Assembly: GCA_964016885.1 (NCBI GenBank)
Contig: OZ024741.1
Location: 302,994,001 to 303,058,000 of the forward strand
Direction of reading: 5' to 3'
Origin: Eledone cirrhosa
Taxonomy: Eukaryota
DNA length: 64,000 bases
Below the pieces are notes generated by a model. That model saw nothing but the letters and a program-made list of their open reading frames with translations, was not told the origin of the DNA and ran no database searches. A program made the translations under genes and the position numbers. Position 1 is the first letter of the stretch; every line of letters begins with the position of its first letter. Shown here piece by piece: positions 53,101 through 64,000 of this stretch.

Positions 53101-56100
53101 ATGGCTGTTTTAAGAGTAGGTTGTCTAAATGCGCGTGGCCTGGGCTCACCTTGGAAGCAAGCTAAACTTCTAAATGATCTCAAGTCACGATGTATAAATG
53201 TGATGGTTATTTGCGAGGCCCGGATCAGCAGCGTGCGACAACTATCCCCCACCTTTGATGACATTGAGATGCACGCATCTCTCTATCAGCCCGGAGGAGG
53301 GGTGGGGTTGTCGTTCTGCTGCAAAAACATCTGGGTCTCGCTACACAGACGGTACACTTGGACCCGGAGAGTCGACTAGTGGTTCTGGACCTTGGCAGTG
53401 GTGAAGGCGAAGCTTTTAGGCTGGTCGCCGTTTACGCCCCTTTTGGGGCAATGCGGTCGGACTTCTTCCATCGTCTGGAGACTTTTCTAGGGACGTCCTG
53501 CTCCTTGCTTTTAGTGGGGGACTGGAATGGCATCCTAGATGCACGTTGGGACTATGTAGGGGCATGTCCCGATAGAGGGTGGGGGTGTAACAACCTCAAG
53601 GGGTTAATCGGCCGATTTGACCTGGCCGATAGATATCGACTAGATTTTCCGACTGTGCCAACCTGGACTTGGACAAACCACAGCGGTCAATCTAGATCGT
53701 ACCTAGGTAGGTTCTTAGTTAGAATTAAGGATAGGGACTTTTTAAGTTGTCCAGAAATGTTCATGGTTGGCTATTCAGACCACAAGTTAGTGACCTGCAT
53801 AGTCCACCTTGATAGAATGCATAGGCAGGGACCCGGTTACTGAAAGCTCAACTTGTCCTTACCGTCAAGTAGAGCTTACAGGGACCGGATTAGAACCTTA
53901 GTTAAGGAGCGGTTTACGAGCGCCATCGTCAACAGCAGGTGGTGGGGCTCTCTGAAAAGATAGATTAGAGTAGTTTCAATAGGAGTTAGTAAGGAGTTAG
54001 CCTCAGATAGAAATAGGAAGGAAAGGGAATTGGTAGTTAATGTTGAAGAGGCAATTAGAAGCGGCAACGTGACTAGAGTGAAAGCGTCGAGAACGGCCTT
54101 GAGCTAGTTCTTCGACGCGAAACACGAAGGCTGCGTTGTCCGAAGGAAAATACGTGCTCTGGGAAACGAGGGGACCAAAGCTGTTAGCTGGGCCCGCGTG
54201 ACAGAAGCCAAAAGTGGGATTAGATCCACTATCCGGTCTTTGCGAGACCAGGATGGACGGATGATCCTTGAACCTAAGCAAATGTGTGAGGCCTTTGAAA
54301 GGCACTTTGCCCGATTGTTCGGGAGGGGCGTGGGGCCGGATGGGGATGTGGATTTCGGTCCATACCTCGACGGCCTGCCGCGTCTTTCGGACGAGAAGGC
54401 GAGGTCCTGCGACAGGCCGATCTCAGCTGCTGAAATAGGGGACGTGCTAAGCCTATGCGGCAAACGCAAATCTCCAGGCCTCGATGGTCTGCCCTACGAA
54501 CTATATATTAATATGCCGGACTTGTTCCCCGATCTCCTCGAGGCGGTCTACTGCAACTGGCAACAGAACGAGAGAATTCCCTGTTCTGTGACCAAGGGCG
54601 TAGTCTCGCTAGTGAGGAAGGACGAGAACAAGGGGGATGACATTAGTAATTTTAGGCCCATAACTCTGCTAAATGCAGAGTTAAAGATTTTGGCCAATGT
54701 GTCAGCGAAGAGGCTGGCGCTTGTCGTGGGGGGGGAGGGGGGGGGGGGGCTGGTGGGATATGCGCAGACATGCGCTATCCCGTCCAGGTCCATCCGCGAC
54801 AACCTCCACCTCATGCGATACATCATAGAAAGGGTTGGGAACGAACCCGGCTTTGGTGGGGCCCTGATCAATTTAGATCAGTCTAAAGCTTTCGATAGGG
54901 TGGACCATGGTTACCTGGGTGCCGTGCTAGCGGCGGCTGGTTTCGGACTCATTTTCAGGGGCTGGATCACTGCCATGCATAGCAGCCGCATCTGCTCTAG
55001 AGTTAAGGTGAACAGCTACCTCTCGGAGCCGTTCGAAATCACCCGCTCCATCCGACAGGGGTGTCCTCTCTCCTCCCTTATGTATGTATGGCTCTCGAGC
55101 CACTACTGCGGAAGTTGGGAGTTGTTGCAGGGCATCCCTTTGGAACCGGGATTGCGCAAAGCGGTGTCAGCCTACGCTGATGACGTAACAGTAATCTTGT
55201 CGACCACCTCGGAAATCGGGGCAATCGGCACCTTACTGGAGGAGTACGAAAGGTTGACAGGGGCTATGCTGAACCGGGACAAGTCAGTCGCTTTGCAACT
55301 CGGCGAGTGTAGGGGCAAACCGATGCCGTCCGACGTCTATCGTCTGAAGGTGGACGGAGGGCCCGGTAAAGTCGCTTGGGGTCTGGTTCAGACCGGACCT
55401 CCAGGTGGAGAAAAACTGGGGTGAGGTAACGAATAGGGTGTTTGCACTGACCCAGAAGTGGGCCGAGTGCAAACTATCCCTGAAAGGTCGGGTGGAGGTG
55501 GCGAATGCTTACATAGCGTCCGTCATCTATTACCGCTTGACTGTCGTGCCTTGCCCGGGTGAGATCCTAACCAAAATGGAGCGCGCTCTCTTCCAATTCC
55601 TTTGGAAGATGAGGTCTCCTCTGGTGAAGAGATTCATCTGCTGTCAACACCCTTAGAAAGGAGGGCTGGGGATGCCGTGGCTAAAAATTCTTAAACACGC
55701 ATTGAGGCTACGACACCTCCAGGTATTCCTCACCGGTCAACCGGTGTGGGCCCCGTTTGTGAGGCGAGCCTTTCCGAGGCTCATCTCGCTCACCGAGCTG
55801 CAGTCCTGGGTGAAGCAAAGACTGAGAAAACTGGGCGACTGGCACACCGAGTGTGCCCAGGCGCTCACGGCTCTCTGGCAGGCGGACCCGGCTATCGGTG
55901 GAGACTCCACCTCGTCATTCTATAGAGAGCTGGTGGTTAGCAGGTGCGACGACGCTCTCGAAGAAACCCTAGGCATGGAGGAGGACGAACTGGCCAGCCT
56001 ATTCGGTAGAAAATTCGGCCCGGGACCTATGGACAACTTCCAGAAGTCCTTGGCCTGGAGGTGCTACCGAGGGGCTCTGCTCGTTCGGGATAAGCTCTAC

Positions 56101-56556
56101 AGACACGGGCGCCCGGGTAAGGACCCCTCGAAAAAGATCTGTCCCAGATGTGTGCGCGACGAGGAAACCGTCGCGCACGCATTGGTACACTGCCCCGGCG
56201 TTGCCGATCTGTGGGGCTATGTCTAACGACTGCTGTCACGGGTGGGACCAATCAGGTTGACCACCGAGTCCATTGTAACGATCAAGCCGCCTCTCCCCTT
56301 TAAAATTGAAGGAGAGGCGGTCTTCCTCTGTGTAATAGCCATGGTAAAAGAGGTTGTATGAGGGACGCGTCTAAAAGGGCTGAAGGTCGGACACCTTTCT
56401 TTCCGGCCAACAACTAGTCCTTTTCTTCCGATACCATTTCGGAAGAAGGATCAGGATGGAGAGAGAGATGCTCCACCCCAGCCAGTTTTATGAAAGGTGG
56501 GTGAAATTTGCGAGAATGGCCCGTGTGAATGGGCCTTCTCTTTACCTCGGCCTGTA
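53101..56556 (+). pseudogene. LINE ORF2 (APE endonuclease - RT - zf-RVT), disrupted
   Basis: GCLNARGL, VYAP, GDWN, SDHKLV, KSPGLDGLP, LDQSKAFDRV, RQGCPLS, AYADD, CPRC..H...C. Confidence 0.93.
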
Positions 56557-56775
56557 GGTGGAAAAGGATGAAGGAAGAAGGGACCACCCTCTCTTTGTGC
56601 TCCCGTGGAGAAGGGTTGCACATTTTTTTTCGGGGGTGTGTGTGACCCCAAAACGATCCCTCGCTATTGAGGACCTTTTCGTTATAATTTTATTTATTAC
56701 ATTTTTTTACTCGATTTTTATGTAACCCCTCCCCTCCTTTCTTTTGTGCCCTCGTGGCAAATAAACAGAAATTTA

Positions 56776-56837
<62 letters not shown>

Positions 56838-56994
56838 CACCAGTGTGTCTGTCTGTCAGTCTGTCTGTGAATATGTCGGTAAGTATGTGTGTCTGTCTCT
56901 TAACTACATTAAATCATTTAACAAGTCTCCGAAAGCGGTCTGTCATCGATGGTGTATCAAATGTCTTAAACTAGTAACAGTAGTACTAGTAATA

Positions 56995-57125
56995 GCCATA
57001 GCAGCAGCAGCAGCAGCATTAGTATTAGTAGTGGTAGTAGTAACAGCTGTAGTAGTAGTGGTAGTGGTAGCAGCAGTAGTAGTAGTGGTAGTAGCAGTAG
57101 TAGCAGTGGTAGTAGCAGCAACCGC

Positions 57126-57203
<78 letters not shown>

Positions 57204-57260
57204 TGTTGTTGTTGTTGTTGTTGTTGTTCTAATGGTAGTGTAATAGTTGTGGTAGTAGTA
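56995..57260. repeat. (GTA)n/(GCA)n/(GTT)n microsatellite
   Basis: Directly visible. Confidence 0.93.
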
Positions 57261-58245
57261 ATGATAGTGTAATGGGGCAGCATCTATAAAATCTGATAGA
57301 AATATCATCGAAAATCCTCCTCAAATCACATGCTACCATCTTTAAAAAAGGAAGAACACATGTTGATTGGTACATCTTTGATAAGTCTGATCGATCAGGT
57401 TAAACGAACAGAATAGAGAAAGTGTTATCCCAAAGGAGACGCATTGAAACACCTATTTCATCTCACGGGTCTCACCTTTGCATGTGGCCAACTCTGTCCT
57501 GATAGAATCGAATAGGGAGGTGATACAGGTACCAAGTACGCCAGAAGTCTCCACCACTTCACGTTCAACGGCAAACCCATCGAAAAGCAACCGTTGCTAC
57601 AGAATCTTGTGATCGTCAGCTTGACGGGCAACAAAACCTGGATCTGCGACCGAATGTACCGGCTTACCGCTGCATGTCGTGTCTCAGATGAGGGGATAAA
57701 TTACATTATGCAACACAAGAGGACATAAACCGTAACTCAGTCTATCAAAACTTTGGAATGGACCACCGGTGGTCCGTATGGACCATGTTGTGCATCACAG
57801 CCTTATATCATAAATTTGTGCACTCAGGATTGTGCACTCCCGAGTCAACGAAAAAACTCCTAGATAATAGCGTGACCTGCTAGAAATAGCAGACAAACCT
57901 CCTCCATATCATAGGACACCATTAAAAAGATAAAGAACATACATTGGACGCGATGGAATGACTTTGTTCATTAGGTCTATTCGATCAGGCCTGCCTAGGG
58001 CTAAACAACGATAAAAACAAGTAGAATGTGTAGGAAAGTGATGAAAGTAATAACCACAACTACAACAACTGTAACAGCAATAACAACTACGACAAATTGG
58101 ATTGGTGGTCATGACAACTATAATAAACATAGCTACCACGTGACACTATGTTTGTTACACTTAGCTGATCTATGAGCTCGAGTTACACATTACTTCCTCG
58201 TACACACGCCAGTGCACAGACACACATACACAAGCAGATATAGAC

Positions 58246-58300
<55 letters not shown>

Positions 58301-58734
58301 TACACACATATATATATATATATAAACGTTCATATTTAGACACCTCCACTCAACACACGTATTCTGTTACCACTTGACCTAGCTCCTCTCTCTCCCTCTT
58401 CCCCCTCTCTCTTTCTCTCTCTCTTTCTCTGCCCTCTCTCTCTATACATATATGCCCTTCTTGCAGAGCGTTCCTCTCGGGCATTTGCATCATTACCCTT
58501 TGTAGACGCACATAATCAGCACATAATTCGTTCGCCTTTTGCTTTATTTAATTGGTCGTTATATATTCCTACGTAAATATGATTTGCTAAGGAGATCTAA
58601 TAAGATCTAAACATGTCCATTGCTTTCAACTAGTTGACTTATAGATAAGGTCCACTCTCACTGCATTGTCTTAAATTGTTCCAAATGACTTGCACCTGGT
58701 CAGGTTATAGAAAGTATCTTCCTTGTTTGTACAC

Positions 58735-58990
58735 TAAAGTCTGTCTCAAGACAAGAGGCTCATCGGGCCGGTGCTTATCCTGGTTTTGTGGCGTGAAGCA
58801 ACAGAGAGTAAAAGATTCCTCCCTGGATAGGATGCCAGTCTATCGCAGAGTTAAACCCCCAGCTATTGCTGATACACATTTTCAGCTGAGTATACTGGAG
58901 CAAAGTGAAATGAAGTGTTTTTCTCAAGAACACAACACACACCCCAGCCTAGGAATCGAACCTACGACATTATGATCGCAATTCTAACAC
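58735..58990 (-). mobile_element. CORE-type SINE with a different tail
   Basis: Minus strand ggttcgattcc..gtgttcttgagaaaaacacttcatttcac. Confidence 0.65.
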
Positions 58991-59160
58991 CCATATACAA
59001 CCCTATACTCACGTATTTACACGCATACTTTCACACAGGCATTTACATACATACACACGCGCATGCGTACATACATACAGCATACATACATACACATGCG
59101 CGCATGCGCACATACATACAACATACACACATAATACATACATACATACATACATTCATA

Positions 59161-59770
59161 CATGGTGGCTGCCAACTCGTTTTCGAGTACGGCCACTACT
59201 TTATATCCATGTAGGAGAACCCCTACTGATGCGCTGAACGAGTGTGACATTTTAGTCCAGCCAGCGACTTGAAAATTCTGGTACAAACACTACACTTGTG
59301 ACAATTATTGACACAGTGCTGGGCCCATGGTACCATGTGACGACAAGTGCAGAGAGATCTCCAGATATAAAGCAATGCCTGTGCCGTGAAGCTTTTAAAG
59401 TGAGCAAAGGCACTGCACAAAGCCAGTCCCACTCTCTTAACCAAGATGATATTTACCAAAAAGAAGAACAAGTCAACATCATTGGATACCATCAGGGTTG
59501 CAGGTGTTATATCAGAGTTTTCCTTCTCCTAGAATTCTGCCTTGACAAAGGCTAAGGGGTCATCTCTCCCGGTGATTTTGTATGGCCATTGACTCTTAAG
59601 AGCTCCTTTGCCCTTTGACAGGTTTTGTTTTTAGTCCTGCAGGATGTCCAAAGTCACCCTCCTTACCAAGAAACCTTGGTGGGGTTGCCAGTTTAGTCGC
59701 CAACGACCCGACCATGAGACAGGTTGTACTGGGATACATGTTACCAGTAGCACCAACTGGTGACCTGACA
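59161..59770 (-). mobile_element. Internally deleted RTE-like element (copy 2) between (CATA)n tracts
   Basis: 5' UTR shared with 16386-16795; retains terminal zinc-finger coding CSVCTRIFKSLAGLKCHTRSAH*; 3' end shared with 16177-16215. Confidence 0.65.
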
Positions 59771-59825
59771 TAATACATACATACATACATACATACATAC
59801 ATACATACATACATACATACATACA

Positions 59826-59857
<32 letters not shown>

Positions 59858-59859
<2 letters not shown>

Positions 59860-60790
59860 AAGGATACCTCCAAGAAAACCAGGAATAAGAAATCTCTGTT
59901 GTACAAAAGAGGAACGTTATCAGTTGACATTAAATGCAGGCTCTGCAAAACAAAGACCGTAGATATTAACCACATTATTGCCAAATGTAAAGGAATATAT
60001 TTTCATTACTAGTTTCTCATGAGGCATGAAGTGGTTGCCAGAATAATTTGAAATGGACAACGGAAGAAAAAAGAAAAAAAAAAGAAACGGAGAGGGATAT
60101 GTTGAGACTGATGGCTCAAAGAAATATTGATGGAATCTAAAATTAAAAACTGTCAGCAAATAAAACACAACCGGCTTGATATTGTTATTTGGGAACAATT
60201 AAAAAACCCAATATTTTTGTTAATGTAGGAAAAGTGTAAGATGGAACCTATCTCTTTGAGTGGTGGGGAGATCGGTGTTGGGTATGCCATAGAATAAGAC
60301 TTGTTATATTTAGGTGGGTATAAGTCAGTTCGGATTTGTTGCGAGGGGCCAATTGAACCGTGCAAATAGTTATCTTGCAGCTGACGATTTTTGAAAAATG
60401 ACGACAGTTGAGAAATAACTGAGGAATCCCGAGGAACACATATTAAAAAAACATAATCTGTTGTAGAAGTCAGCTACTTACTCGATATCAATATAGTCAA
60501 AAAAATACAAGAGACGAAGGATATCTATGAACTATTGATGGGGAGTTTGCAGATCAAGTACTCGAAATAAACGTTCAGTTTCATTGGAGCGAAGTATGAC
60601 TGAGCTTGGAATTGTGGAGAAAGAACCCAGCTCCTTAATTCATAAGCCTACAAAAGGGCGCGACATCTGGAACTTTTAAAATTATGTAAAACATTTTTAC
60701 GATTCAAAGGATGAACTGTTGTACAATGGACGACGACATTTTTCTTTTATAACATTGCCACCAGGAAGGTGGCCGTCAAAAATAAACTCA
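59858..60790 (+). mobile_element. Decayed 3' fragment of an R4/Dong-like LINE
   Basis: DIKCRLCKTKTVDINHIIAKC, KHNRLDIVIWE, VVEVS and GTFKIM/CKTF-like remnants parallel the 22991 ORF. Confidence 0.65.
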
Positions 60791-61309
60791 AAATTAAGAG
60801 GAAGAGACAGCAGCCATACATACTATCCTATTATCTCTCATTCATTTCTCGCTTTATTTCACAGCTCTCATGGGCCATCAAAAATAAAGATGTTTGTATG
60901 TGAGGTGAGAGTGAAGTAAAAATATAAAAAAGACACACAGTAGGGCGACCGCCATACTACAACTGTCACCAGCTCTTAAATTACTCTTTATATACTTGCG
61001 CTTGTGTGTATATGTGTGTATCTATCTAATACAAGCACATACACGAACACACACAAACACACATACACACACACATATATATATATATGTGTGTAAACAC
61101 ACGCACACACACATATATATATATGTGTAAACACACGCACACACATATATATATATATATGTGTAAACACACACACACATATTATAAATAATATTGAACT
61201 GTCAAACTTGTTTACTGGTTTGCTCAGTTCTTTGAGGACACGCCATTTAATAGTTCTAACTTTTTTCTAACTTGTTCTGATTATCATTAAATGATGACAG
61301 ACATCAACC

Positions 61310-61575
61310 TAACTCAGAAAATAAAAAGGCAAGCAGCAATCGTTGACTTAAAGGCAGAGCATAATGATTTAGAGATTGCTCGCTTTCTGAAAGTTACACG
61401 GTCGTTCGTTGTCAGAGTTTGCAAAGAGCTATAAGACACTGACGAGTATTCTACTGCAGTAGCAAAACGTAAAACTCTTGCTAAGGTTTTTGATACCAGA
61501 ACACCCAAATTTCTACGAAAGATGCTGAAAATTATCGATACGAACCCCAAAAAGTCAATTAGTGCAACTGCTCAA
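61310..61575 (+). pseudogene. Tc1/mariner-superfamily transposase N-terminal fragment
   Basis: Manual translation KRQAAIVDLKAEHNDLEIARFLKVTRSFVVRVCKEL*...RTPKFLRKMLKIIDTNPKKSISATA resembles the HTH region of maT/Tc1-like transposases. Confidence 0.6.
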
Positions 61576-61760
61576 CCACCGGTAATTGAACTCACGACCT
61601 TACGATTATAAACCGAACTTCCTAACTCATGAGATATGCACCTTCCCATATTTATATATTCGTTCACGTGTACAACGTGGTTTCTAGGCGTGATTAACAG
61701 AAGTTGATTGGGTTACAAAAAACTAAATGCGATTCAACGAGGTCCTTCACGATGATGAGA

Positions 61761-62167
61761 ATGTATGTATGTATGTATGTATGTATGTATGTATGTATGT
61801 ATGTATGTATGTATGTATGTATGTATGCATGTATGTATGTATGCATGTATGTATGCATGTATGTATGTATGTATGTATGTATGTATGTATGTATGTATGT
61901 ATGTATGTATGTATGTATGTATGTATGTATGCATGTATGTATGTACGTATGTGTGTATGTATGTATGTATGTATGTATGCGTGTGTGTGTATGTATGTAT
62001 ACATGTGTGTATGTATGTATGTATGTATGTATGTATGTATGTATGTATATATGTATGTATGTATGTATGTGTGTCTTTGTGTATGTATGTTTGTATGTAT
62101 GTATATATGTATGTATGTATGTATGTATATATGTATGTGTCTTTGTGTATGTATGTTTGTATGTATG

Positions 62168-62201
<34 letters not shown>

Positions 62202-62293
62202 TGTATGTATGTGTGTCTTTGTGTATGTATGTTTGTATGTATGTATGTATGTATATATATATATGTATGTGTGTCTTTGTGTATGTATGTATG

Positions 62294-62327
<34 letters not shown>

Positions 62328-62500
62328 TGTATGTATGTATATATGTATGTATGTATGTCTTTGTGTATGTATGTATGTATGTATGTATGTATGTATGTAT
62401 ATATGTATGTATGTATGTCTTTGTGTATGTATGTATGTATGTATGTATGTATGTATGTATGTATGTATGTGTGTCTTTGTGTATGTATGTTTGTATGTAT
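61761..62500. repeat. (TATG)n microsatellite with recurring gtctttgtg variant units
   Basis: Directly visible. Confidence 0.95.
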
Positions 62501-62612
62501 GGATCGGTAACTCATAATAGATCTAATTCCTCTCGGTGTCGGAATACAACCGATATCTGCCAGAGAAGGAGAGTGAGAGAGAGGGAAGGGTATATATATA
62601 TATATATATGTA

Positions 62613-62654
<42 letters not shown>

Positions 62655-63662
62655 GGAGAGACACACACAATGTTCTAATGACTTACTGCACGGTGGGAAT
62701 GATTTGAGCAGTGAGTGAATATACGTATATATTCATTCACAGAAAATGATTTGTGCAACCCGAGGTCATTCCTCACCGAGCAGACCCACGATTAAAGACA
62801 ATACTCCAACCATAAACATTCAATTGTTTGTTTATCCCAGACACAATGCATTTAAAACTGTATCTCCCAAAGTGATCCAACCTTTTTTAAGATGGTAGGT
62901 TGTGAGATAAACTTGGTTGTTATTTCTACAAGATTAAGGAATCGTATAGTTGCACTTTCAATGAGGTGTCAAGTGAACGTTGTACCAGCCATTATCGGCT
63001 GATTGAGAATTGGTAGAGCTTTTGGACACGTGCCCCAGCATGGCCTCAAGAGGATGGTTGGAACAGGTAAAAAAAGTAAAAGAATAATTCCATTATAGAA
63101 TTTCTCCTGGTCCTTTACATTCTGAGTTCAAATTCTAACGAGGTTATCTTTGACTTTCATCCGTCTGGAGTCAATAAAATAAAGTACCAGTCAAATAATG
63201 AGGTTGATTTAATAAAATTTGTTCTCCCACCAAAAAAGAATTGGTGATCTTGTGAGCATACTAGTTTTTCATGCATGCGCGGCTATATGTTATACATATC
63301 TCTTCTTCACAGAACCAAGTTTCAAATAATAGAGTACATATGACGAATAGTCGTTTGCCATTATAATGACAGATTTTATTTATTGCAACGGAATTTCTAG
63401 ATTTTAGTGGTTCTCTAGGGAAATAGGAACTTGCTTCCTTTCAAAAATATACTTCTGAATGATTAGAAATATAAATATGAAAATAATCACGTGAAACGAA
63501 CAAATTCTATGTTATTTAATTTAATTAAGATTGAATTAAAATATTTCTAATATAATTTTAACTATAAATATTTCATTAAGCTGAGAAAATGTTTTACTTA
63601 TGCCTCCCTCACTGCACATAGACGAGCATGAGTATGGATGCCTGAATTTAATTATGCATGTA

Positions 63663-63822
<160 letters not shown>

Positions 63823-64000
63823 TTTATGTTCTGTTGTTTATATTATGTTGTTAATGTTATATTGTTTACCAATGAGTAGAATTGGTGAATCGGGTTAGTA
63901 AACGATGATGCAATAAATTAAAGTACCCGGCGTTATGCAAATCCTCCATTGCAGATGTGGTAACCCATGGCTGGTGCTGCAACGGGGTTAAATATTCATT

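Larger units (their letters stand above)
51185..56772 (+). mobile_element. Full-length but decayed Tx1/L1-like LINE (copy 3) within (TCTG)n
   Basis: ORF1 with zinc knuckle, ORF2 with APE + RT + zf-RVT; both flanks read tttatctgtctgtct.... Confidence 0.95.

Overview
AT-rich, microsatellite-saturated eukaryotic DNA with no supportable host gene; almost all ORF-track entries are translated simple repeats. The SINE repertoire and repeat style suggest an octopus-type cephalopod genome (inference). Recognisable autonomous-type elements, all decayed, are three Tx1/L1-like LINEs (one full length), an R4/Dong-like LINE with a restriction-like endonuclease (plus a fragment), two Penelope-like elements (PLEs, C-terminal GIY-YIG) and a Tc1/mariner transposase fragment. 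There are also two internally deleted RTE-like elements, many tRNA-derived SINEs (including a 9-copy head-to-tail array) and several MITEs. The most striking unexplained structure is a set of about 20 non-coding 120-420 bp elements, from at least 9 sequence families, lodged in or beside (TA)n tracts. Most have the layout (TA)n - unpaired tail - long fold-back hairpin - (TA)n, and many carry minimal or stem-II-extended hammerhead ribozyme motifs, including non-canonical cores. I interpret them as PLE-derived, TA-targeted mini fold-back retroelements. All alignments and folds were done by eye, so boundaries are approximate.
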